From the IMG/VR virus record IMGVR_UViG_644736364_000004: a stretch of 41,621 nucleotides of DNA. The stretch is one strand, 5' to 3'. This stretch comes from a virus (taxonomy: Duplodnaviria; Heunggongvirae; Uroviricota; Caudoviricetes). Both the position numbers and the translations under genes were made by a program. Positions 27,553 to 38,973 of the stretch are shown one piece after another (within the stretch, counting starts at the first letter, position 1; the number at the start of each line of letters is the position of its first letter). The notes below the pieces were generated by a model. It worked only from the letters and a program-made list of their open reading frames with translations. It did not search any database and was not told the DNA's origin.

Positions 27553-27898
27553 TTTTCAGAATGCCTTTGATGCCGCCCTTGCCGGGGTGGACAGTACGAT
27601 TGTTGAAGTGATGGGCATCAGTGCGCAGTTCACCTCCGGTGCACAGCGTGGCGGCGAGGTTTATGGCGTTTTTGACGATCCGGAGTCGCTGGGTTTTGCC
27701 AGTAGTGGGATCCGTATTGAAGGAAGTAACCCGTCATTATTTGTGCTTACGGATACGGTTTGTGCTGTACGGCGTGGTGACACGCTGACCATTAACGGCG
27801 AGATGTTCTGGGTGGACCGTGTTTCTCCGGATGACGGAGGGAGTTGTTATCTCTGGCTCAACCGGGGGCAACCACCTGCCGCCAGCCGTCGTCGCTGA
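27545..27898 (+). CDS. FII: Head completion protein FII
   Basis: From the ATG at 27545: MRDFQNAFDAALAGVD … GVFDDPES … FWVDRVSPDDGGSCYLWL aligns with lambda FII. Confidence 0.8.
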   Translation: MRDFQNAFDAALAGVDSTIVEVMGISAQFTSGAQRGGEVYGVFDDPESLGFASSGIRIEGSNPSLFVLTDTVCAVRRGDTLTINGEMFWVDRVSPDDGGSCYLWLNRGQPPAASRRR

Positions 27899-27909
27899 AA
27901 GGGGGATGT

Positions 27910-28488
27910 ATGGCCATACAGGGTCTTGAGCAGGCCGTTGAAAACCTCAGCCGTATCAGCAAAACGGCGGTGCCCGGTGCCTCCGCAATGGCCATTAACC
28001 GCGTTGCTTCATCCGCGATATCGCAGTCTGCGTCACAGGTTGCCCGTGAGACAAAGGTACGCCGGAAACTGGTAAAGGAAAGGACCAGGCTGAAAAGGGC
28101 CACGGTCAAAAATCCGCAGGCCAGAATCAAGGTTAACCGGGGGGATTTGCCCGTAATCAGGCTGGGTAACGCGCGGGTTGTCCTGTCCCGACGCAGGCGT
28201 CGTAAAAAGGGGCAGCGTTCATCCCTGAAAGGTGGCGACAGCGTGCTTGTGGTGGGAAACCGTCGTATTCCCGGCGCGTTTATTCAGCAACTGAAAAATG
28301 GCCGCTGGCATGTCATGCAGCGTGTGGCCGGGAAAAACCGTTACCCCATTGATGTGGTGAAAATCCCGATGGCAGTGCCGCTGACCACGGCGTTTAAACA
28401 GAATATTGAGCGGATACGGCGTGAACGTCTTCCGAAAGAGCTGGGCTATGCGCTGCAGCATCAACTGAGAATGGTAATAAAGCGATGA
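27910..28488 (+). CDS. Z: Tail completion protein Z
   Basis: ATG at 27910 with a GGGGG SD; length and position match lambda Z. Confidence 0.8.
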   Translation: MAIQGLEQAVENLSRISKTAVPGASAMAINRVASSAISQSASQVARETKVRRKLVKERTRLKRATVKNPQARIKVNRGDLPVIRLGNARVVLSRRRRRKKGQRSSLKGGDSVLVVGNRRIPGAFIQQLKNGRWHVMQRVAGKNRYPIDVVKIPMAVPLTTAFKQNIERIRRERLPKELGYALQHQLRMVIKR

Positions 28489-28880
28489 AACATACTGAAC
28501 TCCGAGCAGCCGTACTGGATGCACTGGAGAAGCATGACACCGGGGCGACGCTTTTTGATGGTCGCCCCGCTGTTTTTGATGAGGAAGATTTTCCGGCAAT
28601 TGCCGTTTATCTCACCAGCGCTGAATACACGGGCGAAGAGCTGGACAGCGATACCTGGCAGGCGGAGCTGCATATTGAAGTTTTCCTGCCTGCTCAGGTG
28701 CCGGATTCAGAGCTGGATTCGTGGATGGAGTCCCGGATTTATCCGGTGATGAGCGATATCCCGGCACTGTCAGATTTGATCACCAGTATGGTGGCCAGTG
28801 GCTATGACTACCGACGCGACGATGATGCGGGCCTGTGGAGTTCAGCCGATCTGACTTATGTCATTACCTATGAAATGTGA
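28485..28880 (+). CDS. U: Tail terminator protein U, 131 aa
   Basis: Length identical to lambda U; ATGA-type overlap with the Z stop. Confidence 0.85.
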   Translation: MKHTELRAAVLDALEKHDTGATLFDGRPAVFDEEDFPAIAVYLTSAEYTGEELDSDTWQAELHIEVFLPAQVPDSELDSWMESRIYPVMSDIPALSDLITSMVASGYDYRRDDDAGLWSSADLTYVITYEM

Positions 28881-28887
28881 GGACGCT

Positions 28888-29628
28888 ATGCCTGTACCAA
28901 ATCCTACAATGCCGGTGAAAGGTGCCGGGACCACACTGTGGGTTTATAAGGGGAACGGTGACCCTTATGCGAACCCGCTTTCAGACGTTGACTGGTCGCG
29001 TCTGGCAAAAGTTAAAGACCTGACGCCCGGCGAACTGACCGCTGAGTCCTATGACGACAGCTATCTCGATGATGAAGATGCGGACTGGACTGCGACCGGG
29101 CAGGGGCAGAAATCAGCCGGAGATACCAGCTTCACGCTGGCGTGGATGCCCGGAGAGCAGGGGCAGCAGGCGCTGCTGGCGTGGTTTAATGAAGGTGATA
29201 CCCGTGCCTATAAAATCCGCTTCCCGAACGGCACGGTCGATGTGTTCCGTGGCTGGGTCAGCAGTATCGGTAAAGCGGTGACGGCGAAGGAAGTGATCAC
29301 CCGCACGGTGAAGGTCACCAATGTGGGACGCCCGTCGATGGCTGAAGATCGCAGTACGGTGACGGCAGCAACCGGCATGACGGTAACGCCAGCCAGTGCT
29401 TCCGTAGTGAAAGGGCAGAGCACCACGCTGACCGTGGCATTCCAGCCGGAAGGTGTAACCGACAAGAGCTTCCGTGCGGTGTCTGCGGATAAAACAAAAG
29501 CCACCGTGTCGGTCAGTGGTATGACCATCACCGTGAACGGCGTTGCTGCAGGCAAGGTCAACATTCCGGTTGTATCCGGTAATGGTGAGTTTGCTGCGGT
29601 TGCAGAAATCACCGTCACCGCCAGTTAA
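28888..29628 (+). CDS. V: Major tail tube protein V, 246 aa
   Basis: From the ATG at 28888: [22 protein letters not shown]… matches lambda V, including the C-terminal Ig-like region. Confidence 0.9.
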   Translation: MPVPNPTMPVKGAGTTLWVYKGNGDPYANPLSDVDWSRLAKVKDLTPGELTAESYDDSYLDDEDADWTATGQGQKSAGDTSFTLAWMPGEQGQQALLAWFNEGDTRAYKIRFPNGTVDVFRGWVSSIGKAVTAKEVITRTVKVTNVGRPSMAEDRSTVTAATGMTVTPASASVVKGQSTTLTVAFQPEGVTDKSFRAVSADKTKATVSVSGMTITVNGVAAGKVNIPVVSGNGEFAAVAEITVTAS

Positions 29629-29643
29629 TCCGGAGAGTCAGCG

Positions 29644-30066
29644 ATGTTCCTGAAAACAGAATCATTTGAACATAACGGCGTGACCGTCACGCTTTCTGAA
29701 CTGTCAGCCCTGCAGCGTATTGAGCATCTCGCCCTGATGAAACGGCAGGCAGAACAGGCGGAGTCAGACAGCAACCGGAAGTTTACTGTGGAAGACGCCA
29801 TCAGAACCGGTGCTTTTGTGGTGGCGATGTCCCTGTGGCATAACCATCCGCAGAAGACAAAGCTGCCTTCCATGAATGAAGCCGTTAAACAGATTGAGCA
29901 GGAAGTGCTTACCACCTGGCCTACAGAGGCAATTTCTCATGCTGAAAACGTGGTGTACCGGCTGTCCGGTATGTATGAGTTTGTGGTGAATGATGCCCCT
30001 GAACAGGCAGAGGACGCCGGGTCTGCAGAGCCTGTTTCTGCGGGAAAGTGTTCGACGGTGAGCTGA
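29644..30066 (+). CDS. G: Tail assembly chaperone G, 140 aa
   Basis: MFLKTESFEHNGVTVTLSELSALQRIEHLALMKRQAEQAESD… matches lambda G; ends …AGKCSTVS. Confidence 0.85.
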   Translation: MFLKTESFEHNGVTVTLSELSALQRIEHLALMKRQAEQAESDSNRKFTVEDAIRTGAFVVAMSLWHNHPQKTKLPSMNEAVKQIEQEVLTTWPTEAISHAENVVYRLSGMYEFVVNDAPEQAEDAGSAEPVSAGKCSTVS

Positions 30067-30482
30067 GTTTTGCCCTGAAACTGGCGCGTGAGATGGGGCG
30101 ACCTGACTGGCGCGCCATGCTTGCCGGGATGTCATCCACAGAGTATGCCGACTGGCACCGCTTTTACAGTACCCATTATTTTCATGATGTTCTGCTGGAT
30201 ATGCACTTTTCCGGGCTGACGTACACCGTGCTCAGCCTGTTTTTCAGCGATCCGGATATGCATCCGCTGGATTTCAGTCTGCTGAACCGGCGTGAGGCTG
30301 ACGAAGAGCCTGAAGATGATGTGCTGATGCAGAAAGCGGCAGGGCTTGCCGGAGGCGTCCGCTTTGCCCCGGACGGAAATGAAGTTATCCCCGCTTCCCC
30401 GGATATGGCGGGCATGACGGAGGATGACGTAATGCTGATGACAGTATCAGAAGGGATCGCAGGAGGAGTCCGGTATGGCTGA
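29644..30482 (+). CDS. GT: G-T fusion tail assembly chaperone, made by -1 frameshift at 30042-30048
   Basis: The T-frame ORF has no independent start with an RBS and overlaps the G 3' end in the -1 frame, as in lambda. Confidence 0.75.
30042..30048 (+). other. Programmed -1 ribosomal frameshift slippery heptamer GGGAAAG (G to G-T)
   Basis: G GGA AAG sits in the G frame 18 nt before the G stop; the -1 frame continues open into the T ORF (30048-30482). Confidence 0.8.
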
Positions 30483-33036
30483 ACCGGTAGGCGATCTGGT
30501 CGTTGATTTAAGTCTGGATGCGGCCAGATTTGACGAGCAGATGGCCAGAGTCAGGCGTCATTTTTCCGGTACGGAAAGTGATGCGAAAAAAACAGCGGCA
30601 GTCGTTGAACAGTCGCTGAGCCGACAGGCGCTGGCTGCACAGAAAGCGGGGATTTCCGTCGGGCAGTATAAAGCCGCCATGCGTATGCTGCCTGCACAGT
30701 TCACCGACGTGGCCACGCAGCTTGCAGGCGGGCAAAGTCCGTGGCTGATCCTGCTGCAACAGGGGGGGCAGGTGAAGGACTCCTTCGGCGGGATGATCCC
30801 CATGTTCAGGGGGCTTGCCGGTGCGATCACCCTGCCGATGGTGGGGGCCACCTCGCTGGCGGTGGCGACCGGTGCGCTGGCGTATGCCTGGTATCAGGGC
30901 AACTCAACCCTGTCCGATTTCAACAAAACGCTGGTCCTTTCCGGCAATCAGGCGGGACTGACGGCAGATCGTATGCTGGTCCTGTCCAGAGCCGGGCAGG
31001 CGGCAGGGCTGACGTTTAACCAGACCAGCGAGTCACTCAGCGCACTGGTTAAGGCGGGAGTAAGCGGTGAGGCTCAGATTGCATCCATCAGCCAGAGTGT
31101 GGCGCGTTTCTCCTCTGCATCCGGCGTGGAGGTGGACAAGGTCGCTGAAGCCTTCGGGAAGCTGACCACTGACCCGACGTCGGGGCTGACGGCGATGGCG
31201 CGCCAGTTCCATAACGTAACGGCGGAGCAGATTGCGTATGTTGCTCAGTTGCAGCGTTCCGGCGATGAATCCGGGGCATTGCAGGCGGCGAACGAGGCCG
31301 CAACGAAAGGGTTTGATGACCAGACCCGACGCCTGAAAGAGAACATGGGCACGCTGGAAACCTGGGCAGACAGGACAGCACGGGCATTCAAATCCATGTG
31401 GGATGCGGTGCTGGATATTGGTCGTCCTGATACCGCTCAGGAGATGCTGATTAAGGCAGAGGCTGCGTTTAAGAAAGCGGACGACATCTGGAATCTGCGC
31501 AAGGATGATTATTTTGTTAACGATGAAGCGCGGGCGCGTTACTGGGATGATCGTGAAAAGGCCCGTCTTGCGCTTGAAGCCGCCCGAAAGAAGGCTGAAC
31601 AGCAGAGTCAACAGGACAAAAATGCGCAGCAGCAGAGCGATACCGAAGCATCACGGCTGAAATATACCGAAGAGGCGCAGAAGGCTTACGAACGGCTGCA
31701 GACACCGCTGGAGAAATATACCGCCCGTCAGGAAGAACTGAACAAGGCACTGAAAGACGGGAAAATCCTGCAGGCAGATTACAACACGCTGATGGCGGCG
31801 GCGAAAAAGGATTATGAAGCGACGCTGAAAAAGCCGAAACAGTCCGGCGTGAAGGTGTCTGCGGGCGATCGTCAGGAAGACAGTGCTCATGCTGCCCTGC
31901 TGACGCTTCAGGCTGAACTCCGGACGCTGGAGAAGCATGCCGGAGCAAATGAGAAAATCAGCCAGCAGCGCCGGGATTTGTGGAAGGCGGAGAGTCAGTT
32001 CGCGGTACTGGAGGAGGCGGCGCAACGTCGCCAGCTGTCTGCACAGGAGAAATCCCTGCTGGCGCATAAAGATGAGACGCTGGAGTACAAACGCCAGCTG
32101 GCTGCACTTGGCGACAAGGTTACGTATCAGGAGCGCCTGAACGCGCTGGCGCAGCAGGCGGATAAATTCGCACAGCAGCAACGGGCAAAACGGGCCGCTA
32201 TTGATGCGAAAAGCCGGGGGCTGACTGACCGGCAGGCAGAACGGGAAGCCACGGAACAGCGCCTGAAGGAACAGTATGGCGATAATCCTCTGGCGCTGAA
32301 TAACGTCATGTCAGAGCAGAAAAAGACCTGGGCGGCTGAAGACCTGCTTCGCGGGAACTGGATGGCAGGCCTGAAGTCCGGCTGGAGTGAGTGGGAAGAG
32401 AGTGCCACGGACAGTATGTCGCAGGTTAAAAGTGCTGCCACGCAGACCTTTGATGGTATTGCGCAGAATATGGCGGCGATGCTGACCGGCAGTGAACAGA
32501 ACTGGCGCAGCTTCACCCGTTCCGTGCTGTCCATGATGACAGAAATTCTGCTTAAGCAGGCAATGGTGGGGATTGTCGGGAGTATCGGCAGCGCTATTGG
32601 CGGGGCTGTTGGTGGCGGCGCATCCGCGTCAGGCGGTACAGCCATTCAGGCCGCTGCGGCGAAACTCCATTTTGCAACCGGAGGATTTACGGGAACCGGC
32701 GGCAAATATGAGCCAGCGGGGATTGTTCACCGTGGTGAATTTGTCTTCACGAAGGAGGCAACCAGCCGGATTGGCGTGGGAAATCTCTACCGGCTGATGC
32801 GCGGCTATGCCACCGGCGGTTATGTCGGTGGCACCGGAAGTCCGGCGCAAATGCGGCGTTCAGAGGGTATCAGGTTTGAGCAGAACAACAACGTGGTGAT
32901 TCAGAACGACGGTACGAATGGTCTGCCAGGTCCACAGATGATGAAGGCGGTGTATGACATGGCCCGCAAGGGTGCCCGTGATGAAATCCAGGCACAGATG
33001 CGCGATGGTGGTCTGTTCTCCGGAGGTGGACGATGA
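30475..33036 (+). CDS. H: Tail tape measure protein H, 853 aa
   Basis: MAEPVGDLVVDLSLDAARFDEQMARVRRHF… nearly identical to lambda gpH as recalled, and the same length. Confidence 0.9.
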   Translation: MAEPVGDLVVDLSLDAARFDEQMARVRRHFSGTESDAKKTAAVVEQSLSRQALAAQKAGISVGQYKAAMRMLPAQFTDVATQLAGGQSPWLILLQQGGQVKDSFGGMIPMFRGLAGAITLPMVGATSLAVATGALAYAWYQGNSTLSDFNKTLVLSGNQAGLTADRMLVLSRAGQAAGLTFNQTSESLSALVKAGVSGEAQIASISQSVARFSSASGVEVDKVAEAFGKLTTDPTSGLTAMARQFHNVTAEQIAYVAQLQRSGDESGALQAANEAATKGFDDQTRRLKENMGTLETWADRTARAFKSMWDAVLDIGRPDTAQEMLIKAEAAFKKADDIWNLRKDDYFVNDEARARYWDDREKARLALEAARKKAEQQSQQDKNAQQQSDTEASRLKYTEEAQKAYERLQTPLEKYTARQEELNKALKDGKILQADYNTLMAAAKKDYEATLKKPKQSGVKVSAGDRQEDSAHAALLTLQAELRTLEKHAGANEKISQQRRDLWKAESQFAVLEEAAQRRQLSAQEKSLLAHKDETLEYKRQLAALGDKVTYQERLNALAQQADKFAQQQRAKRAAIDAKSRGLTDRQAEREATEQRLKEQYGDNPLALNNVMSEQKKTWAAEDLLRGNWMAGLKSGWSEWEESATDSMSQVKSAATQTFDGIAQNMAAMLTGSEQNWRSFTRSVLSMMTEILLKQAMVGIVGSIGSAIGGAVGGGASASGGTAIQAAAAKLHFATGGFTGTGGKYEPAGIVHRGEFVFTKEATSRIGVGNLYRLMRGYATGGYVGGTGSPAQMRRSEGIRFEQNNNVVIQNDGTNGLPGPQMMKAVYDMARKGARDEIQAQMRDGGLFSGGGR

Positions 33037-33362
33037 AAACCTTCCGCTGGAAAGTGAAACCCGGGATGGATGTGACATCGGCTCCTTCCGTCAGGGAGGT
33101 GCGCTTTGGTGATGGCTATTCCCAGCGTGCGCCTGCCGGGCTGAACGCTGACCTGAAAACGTACAGCGTGACGCTGTCTGTCTCCCGTGAGGAGGCCACG
33201 GCGCTGGAGTCGTTTCTGGCTGAGCACGGGGGCTGGAAGGCCTTTCTGTGGACGCCGCCTTATGGTTACAGGCAGATAAAGGTGACCTGCGCAAAATGGT
33301 CGTCGCGGGTCAGTATGCTGCGTGTTGAGTTCAGCGCAGAGTTTGAACAGGTGGTGAACTGA
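33033..33362 (+). CDS. M: Minor tail protein M, 109 aa
   Basis: Length and position match lambda M; overlaps the H stop. Confidence 0.85.
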   Translation: MKTFRWKVKPGMDVTSAPSVREVRFGDGYSQRAPAGLNADLKTYSVTLSVSREEATALESFLAEHGGWKAFLWTPPYGYRQIKVTCAKWSSRVSMLRVEFSAEFEQVVN

Positions 33363-34060
33363 TGCAGGATATCCGGCAGGAAACATTGAATGAATGCACC
33401 CGTGCGGAGCAGTCGGCCAGCGTGGTGCTCTGGGAAATCGATCTGACAGAGGTCGGTGGAGAACGTTATTTTTTCTGTAATGAGCAGAACGAAAAAGGTG
33501 AGCCGGTCACCTGGCAGGGGCGACAGTATCAGCCGTATCCCATTCAGGGGAGTAGTTTTGAACTGAATGGCAAAGGCACCAGTACGCGCCCCACGCTGAC
33601 GGTTTCTAACCTGTACGGTATGGTCACCGGGATGGTGGAAGATCTGCAGAGTCTGGTCGGCGGAACGGTGGTCAGGCGTAAGGTTTACGCCCGTTTTCTG
33701 GATGCGGTGAACTTCGTCAACGGAAACAGCGACGCCGATCCGGAGCAGGAGGTGATCAGCCGCTGGCGCATTGAGCAGTGCAGCGAACTGAGTGCGGTCA
33801 GTGCCTCCTTTGTACTGTCCACACCGACGGAAACGGATGGTGCCGTTTTTCCGGGGCGCATCATGCTGGCTAATACCTGCACCTGGACCTATCGCGGTGA
33901 TGAGTGCGGTTATCACGGTCCGGCGGTCGCGGATGAATATGATCAGCCGACTTCCGATATCACGAAGGATAAATGCAGCAAATGCCTGAGCGGCTGTAAG
34001 TTTCGCAATAACGTCGGCAACTTTGGCGGCTTCCTTTCCATTAACAAACTTTCGCAGTAA
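33362..34060 (+). CDS. L: Minor tail protein L, 232 aa
   Basis: Length identical to lambda L; cysteine-rich C-terminus. Confidence 0.9.
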   Translation: MQDIRQETLNECTRAEQSASVVLWEIDLTEVGGERYFFCNEQNEKGEPVTWQGRQYQPYPIQGSSFELNGKGTSTRPTLTVSNLYGMVTGMVEDLQSLVGGTVVRRKVYARFLDAVNFVNGNSDADPEQEVISRWRIEQCSELSAVSASFVLSTPTETDGAVFPGRIMLANTCTWTYRGDECGYHGPAVADEYDQPTSDITKDKCSKCLSGCKFRNNVGNFGGFLSINKLSQ

Positions 34061-34065
34061 ATCCC

Positions 34066-34809
34066 ATGACAGAGACAGAATCAGCGATTCTGGCGCATGC
34101 CCGGCGATGTGCGCCAGCGGAGTCGTGCGGCTTCGTGGTGAGAGCGCCGGAGGGGGAAAGATATTTTCCCTGCGTGAATATCTCCGGTGAGCCGGAGGCG
34201 TATTTCCGGATGGCTCCGGAGGACTGGCTGCAGGCAGAGATGCAGGGTGAGATTGTGGCGCTGGTCCACAGTCATCCCGGTGGTCTGCCCTGGCTGAGTG
34301 AGGCCGACCGGCGGCTGCAGGTGCAGAGTGATTTGCCGTGGTGGCTGGTCTGCCGGGGGGCGATTCATAAGTTCCGCTGTGTGCCGCATCTCACCGGGCG
34401 GCGCTTTGAGCACGGGGTGACGGACTGTTACACGCTGTTCCGGGACGCTTACCATCTGGCGGGGATTGAGATGCCGGACTTTCATCGTGAGGATGACTGG
34501 TGGCGTAACGGCCAGAATCTCTATCTTGATAATCTGGAGGCCACAGGGCTGTATCAGGTGCCGTTGTCAGCGGCGCAGCCGGGCGATGTGCTGCTGTGCT
34601 GCTTTGGTTCATCGGTGCCGAATCATGCCGCTATTTACTGTGGTGACGGCGAGCTGCTGCACCATATTCCTGAACAACTGAGTAAACGAGAGAGGTATAC
34701 CGACAAATGGCAGCGACGCACACACTCCCTCTGGCGTCACCGGGCATGGCGCGCATCTGCCTTTACGGGGATTTACAACGATTTGGCCGCCGCATCGACC
34801 TTCGTGTGA
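34066..34809 (+). CDS. K: Tail tip assembly protein K, ORF as tracked 247 aa
   Basis: Position after L; JAB/MPN-like HSHP motif (ALVHSHPGG) and an NlpC/P60-like Cys/His region. The 3' end overlaps the I start by about 100 nt, so the true end is uncertain. Confidence 0.8.
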   Translation: MTETESAILAHARRCAPAESCGFVVRAPEGERYFPCVNISGEPEAYFRMAPEDWLQAEMQGEIVALVHSHPGGLPWLSEADRRLQVQSDLPWWLVCRGAIHKFRCVPHLTGRRFEHGVTDCYTLFRDAYHLAGIEMPDFHREDDWWRNGQNLYLDNLEATGLYQVPLSAAQPGDVLLCCFGSSVPNHAAIYCGDGELLHHIPEQLSKRERYTDKWQRRTHSLWRHRAWRASAFTGIYNDLAAASTFV

Positions 34810-35378
34810 AAACGGGGGCTGAAGCCATCCGCGCACTGGCCACACAGCTCCCGGTGTTTCGTCAGAAACTGAGCGACGGCTGGTATCAGGTACGGATTGC
34901 CGGGCGGGACGTCAGCACGTCCGGGTTAACGGCGCAGTTACATGAGACTCTGCCTGATGGCGCTGTGATTCATATTGTTCCCAGAGTCGCCGGGGCCAAG
35001 TCAGGTGGCGTATTCCAGATTGTCCTGGGGGCTGCCGCCATTGCCGGATCATTCTTTACCGCCGGAGCCACCCTTGCAGCATGGGGGGCAGCCATTGGGG
35101 CCGGTGGTATGACCGGCATCCTGTTTTCTCTCGGTGCCAGTATGGTGCTCGGTGGTGTGGCGCAGATGCTGGCACCGAAAGCCAGAACTCCCCGTACACA
35201 GACAACGGATAACGGCAAACAGAACACCTATTTCTCCTCACTGGATAACATGGTTGCCCAGGGCAATGTTCTGCCGGTTCTGTACGGTGAAATGCGCGTG
35301 GGGTCACGCGTGGTTTCTCAGGAGATCAGCACGGCAGACGAAGGGGATGGTGGTCAGGTTGTGGTGATTGGTCGCTGA
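34707..35378 (+). CDS. I: Tail tip protein I, 223 aa
   Basis: MAATHTLPLASPGMARICLYGDLQRFGRRIDLRVKTGAEAIRALATQLP… matches lambda gpI. Confidence 0.85.
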   Translation: MAATHTLPLASPGMARICLYGDLQRFGRRIDLRVKTGAEAIRALATQLPVFRQKLSDGWYQVRIAGRDVSTSGLTAQLHETLPDGAVIHIVPRVAGAKSGGVFQIVLGAAAIAGSFFTAGATLAAWGAAIGAGGMTGILFSLGASMVLGGVAQMLAPKARTPRTQTTDNGKQNTYFSSLDNMVAQGNVLPVLYGEMRVGSRVVSQEISTADEGDGGQVVVIGR

Positions 35379-35438
35379 TGCAAAATGTTTTATGTGAAAC
35401 CGCCTCCGGGCGGTTTTATCGTTTATGGAGCATGAGGA

Positions 35439-38400
35439 ATGGGTAAAGGCAGCAGTAAGGGGCATACCCCGCGCGAAGCGAAGGACAACCTGAAATCATC
35501 CCAGATGCTGAGCGTGATAGACGCCATCAGCGAAGGGCCGGTTGAAGGTCCGGTGGATGGATTAAAAAGCGTGCTGCTGAACAGTACGCCGGTGCTGGAC
35601 AGTGAGGGGAATACCAATATATTCGGCGTCACGGTGGTGTTCCGGGCCGGTGAGCAGGAGCAGACTCCGCCGGAGGGATTTGAATCCTCCGGCTCCGAGA
35701 CGGTGCTCGGTACAGAAGTGAAATATGACACGCCGATCACCCGGACCATCACGTCGGCAAACATTGACCGTCTGCGTTTTACTTTCGGCGTGCAGGCACT
35801 GGTGGAAACCACCTCAAAGGGGGACAGGAATCCATCGGAAGTCCGCCTGCTGGTTCAGATTCAACGTAACGGTGGCTGGGTGACGGAAAAAGACATCACC
35901 ATTAAGGGCAAAACCACGTCGCAGTATCTGGCCTCGGTGGTGGTGGATAACCTGCCGCCGCGCCCGTTTAATATCCGGATGCGCAGGATGACGCCGGACA
36001 GCACCACAGACCAGTTGCAGAACAAAACGCTCTGGTCGTCATACACCGAAATCATCGATGTGAAACAGTGCTACCCGAACACGGCACTGGTCGGCGTACA
36101 GGTGGACTCGGAGCAGTTCGGCAGCCAGCAGGTGAGCCGTAATTATCATCTTCGCGGGCGCATTCTGCAGGTGCCGTCGAACTATAACCCGCAGACGCGG
36201 CAATACAGCGGTATCTGGGACGGAACGTTTAAGCCAGCATACAGCAACAACATGGCCTGGTGTCTGTGGGATATGCTGACCCATCCGCGCTACGGCATGG
36301 GGAAACGTCTTGGTGCGGCAGATGTGGATAAATGGGCGCTGTATGTCATCGGCCAGAATTGCGACCAGTCAGTGCCGGACGGCTTTGGCGGCACGGAGCC
36401 GCGCATCACCTGTAATGCGTACCTGACCACACAGCGCAAGGCGTGGGATGTGCTCAGTGATTTTTGCTCGGCGATGCGCTGTATGCCGGTATGGAACGGG
36501 CAGACGCTGACATTCGTGCAGGACCGACCGTCGGATAAGGTGTGGACCTATAACCGCAGTAATGTGGTGATGCCGGATGATGGCGCGCCGTTCCGCTACA
36601 GCTTCAGCGCCCTGAAAGACCGCCATAATGCCGTTGAGGTGAACTGGATTGACCCGGATAACGGCTGGGAGACGGCGACAGAGCTTGTGGAGGACACGCA
36701 GGCCATTGCCCGTTACGGTCGTAACGTCACGAAGATGGATGCCTTTGGCTGTACCAGCCGGGGGCAGGCACACCGCGCCGGGCTGTGGCTGATTAAAACG
36801 GAGCTGCTGGAAACGCAGACCGTGGACTTCAGCGTGGGTGCAGAAGGGCTTCGCCATGTACCGGGCGATGTCATTGAAATCTGTGATGATGACTATGCGG
36901 GGATCAGCATCGGCGGGCGCGTGCTGGCGGTGAACAACCAGACGCGGACACTGACGCTCGACCGTGAAATCACGCTGCCATCCTCCGGCACCACGCTGAT
37001 AAGCCTGGCTGACGGACAGGGGAATCCGGTCAGCGTGGAGGTCCAGTCCGTCACCGACGGCGTGAAGGTAAAAGTGAGCCGTGTTCCTGACGGCGTTGCA
37101 GAATACAGCGTGTGGGGGCTGAAGTTGCCAACGTTGCGCCAGCGCCTGTTCCGCTGTGTGAGTATCCGTGAGAACGATGACGGCACGTATGCCATCACTG
37201 CCGTGCAGCATGTACCGGAAAAAGAGGCCATCGTGGATAACGGGGCGCACTTTGACGGCGACCAGAGCGGCACGGTGAATGGTGTCACGCCGCCAGCGGT
37301 GCAGCACCTGACTGCCGAAGTCACCGCAGACAGCGGGGAATATCAGGTGCTGGCGCGCTGGGACACGCCGAAGGTGGTGAAGGGGGTGAGCTTTATGCTT
37401 CGCCTGACCGTGGCAGCGGATGACGGCAGTGAGCGGCTGGTCAGCACGGCCCGGACGACGGAAACCACATACCGCTTCAGGCAACTGGCGCTGGGGAACT
37501 ACAGGCTGACAGTCCGGGCGGTAAATGCGTGGGGGCAGCAGGGCGATCCGGCATCGGTATCGTTCCGGATTGCCGCACCGGCAGCGCCGTCGCAGATTGA
37601 GCTGACACCGGGGTATTTTCAGATAACCGCCACGCCGCATCTTGCGGTTTATGATCCGACGGTACAGTTTGAGTTCTGGTTCTCGGAAAAGCGGATTGCG
37701 GATATCAGGCAGGTTGAAACCACAGCACGCTATCTTGGCACGGCGCTGTACTGGATAGCCGCCAGTATCAATATCAAACCGGGCCATGATTATTATTTTT
37801 ACATCCGCAGTGTGAACACCGTTGGCAAATCGGCATTTGTGGAGGCTGTTGGCCAGCCGAGTGATGATGCATCCGGCTATCTGAATTTTTTCAAAGGAGA
37901 GATAGGGAAAACCCATCTGGCTCAGGAGTTGTGGACGCAGATTGATAACGGTCAGCTTGCGCCTGACCTGGCTGAAATCAGGACGTCCATTACGGGTGTC
38001 AGCAATGAAATCACGCAGACCGTCAATAAGAAACTGGAAGACCAGAGTGCAGCGATCCAGCAGATACAGAAGGTTCAGGTTGATACAAATAATAACCTGA
38101 ACAGCATGTGGGCTGTGAAGCTGCAGCAGATGCAGGACGGACGCCTTTATATCGCGGGTATTGGTGCCGGTGTTGAGAATACTCCTGACGGTATGCAGAG
38201 TCAGGTGCTGCTGGCGGCGGACAGGATTGCGATGATTAATCCTGCGAATGGCAACACAAAGCCGATGTTTGTTGGGCAGGGCGATCAGATATTCATGAAC
38301 GAAGTGTTCCTGAAATATCTGACGGCTCCCACCATTACCAGCGGTGGCAATCCCCCAACGTTTTCACTGACACCTGATGGTCGACTTTCTGCGAAAAATG

Positions 38401-38921
38401 CGGATATCAGCGGTAACGTGAACGCGAACTCCGGGACGCTCAACAACGTCACGATTAATCAGAACTGTCGGATTCTGGGAAAACTGTCAGCTAACCAGAT
38501 TGAAGGTGATATTGTCAAAACGGTGGGAAAAGCCTTTCCGAGAAATGGCAGTTATGCCAGCGGTACAATAACGGTCACTGTGTACGATGACCAGGCTTTT
38601 GACCGTCAGATAGTAGTCCCCCCCGTTCTGTTTCGTGGGGGTAAGCATGAAAACTTCAACAGCAACAACCAACAGTCATACTGGTATTCAACCTGTAAGC
38701 TGCAGGTACTGAAGAACGGACAGGAAATCTTTCAGCAACCCGCGACGGATGTCAGCAGGGTATTTTCATCAGTCATTGATATGCCTGCCGGACACGGCCA
38801 TGTCACCCTGACTTTCAATGTTTCTTCATATGGTGCTAATAACTGGACGCCAACGACCAGTATCAGCGACCTTCTTGTTGTTGTGATGAAGAAATCTACA
38901 GCCGGTATCAGTATCAGTTGA
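35439..38921 (+). CDS. J: Central tail fibre / host specificity protein J, 1160 aa
   Basis: [34 protein letters not shown]… matches lambda gpJ through most of its length; the C-terminal ~150 residues (receptor-binding region) are diverged. Confidence 0.95.
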   Translation: MGKGSSKGHTPREAKDNLKSSQMLSVIDAISEGPVEGPVDGLKSVLLNSTPVLDSEGNTNIFGVTVVFRAGEQEQTPPEGFESSGSETVLGTEVKYDTPITRTITSANIDRLRFTFGVQALVETTSKGDRNPSEVRLLVQIQRNGGWVTEKDITIKGKTTSQYLASVVVDNLPPRPFNIRMRRMTPDSTTDQLQNKTLWSSYTEIIDVKQCYPNTALVGVQVDSEQFGSQQVSRNYHLRGRILQVPSNYNPQTRQYSGIWDGTFKPAYSNNMAWCLWDMLTHPRYGMGKRLGAADVDKWALYVIGQNCDQSVPDGFGGTEPRITCNAYLTTQRKAWDVLSDFCSAMRCMPVWNGQTLTFVQDRPSDKVWTYNRSNVVMPDDGAPFRYSFSALKDRHNAVEVNWIDPDNGWETATELVEDTQAIARYGRNVTKMDAFGCTSRGQAHRAGLWLIKTELLETQTVDFSVGAEGLRHVPGDVIEICDDDYAGISIGGRVLAVNNQTRTLTLDREITLPSSGTTLISLADGQGNPVSVEVQSVTDGVKVKVSRVPDGVAEYSVWGLKLPTLRQRLFRCVSIRENDDGTYAITAVQHVPEKEAIVDNGAHFDGDQSGTVNGVTPPAVQHLTAEVTADSGEYQVLARWDTPKVVKGVSFMLRLTVAADDGSERLVSTARTTETTYRFRQLALGNYRLTVRAVNAWGQQGDPASVSFRIAAPAAPSQIELTPGYFQITATPHLAVYDPTVQFEFWFSEKRIADIRQVETTARYLGTALYWIAASINIKPGHDYYFYIRSVNTVGKSAFVEAVGQPSDDASGYLNFFKGEIGKTHLAQELWTQIDNGQLAPDLAEIRTSITGVSNEITQTVNKKLEDQSAAIQQIQKVQVDTNNNLNSMWAVKLQQMQDGRLYIAGIGAGVENTPDGMQSQVLLAADRIAMINPANGNTKPMFVGQGDQIFMNEVFLKYLTAPTITSGGNPPTFSLTPDGRLSAKNADISGNVNANSGTLNNVTINQNCRILGKLSANQIEGDIVKTVGKAFPRNGSYASGTITVTVYDDQAFDRQIVVPPVLFRGGKHENFNSNNQQSYWYSTCKLQVLKNGQEIFQQPATDVSRVFSSVIDMPAGHGHVTLTFNVSSYGANNWTPTTSISDLLVVVMKKSTAGISIS

Positions 38922-38940
38922 ATTTTATAACCCAGATACG

Positions 38941-38968
38941 GGCGCCAGAAATGGCGCCTTTTTTATTT
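38941..38968 (+). terminator. Rho-independent terminator after J
   Basis: Stem GGCGCC-AGAAAT-GGCGCC followed by TTTTTTATTTG. Confidence 0.55.
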
Positions 38969-38973
38969 GTGGA

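Noticed and set aside
36369-37916. 515-codon minus-strand ORF inside J, and similar long antisense ORFs in H (31033-32645), B and C
   Set aside because: They lie wholly within strongly supported lambda-type structural genes in a GC-rich region where long antisense open frames arise by chance; the translations are Arg/Pro/Cys-rich and non-protein-like.
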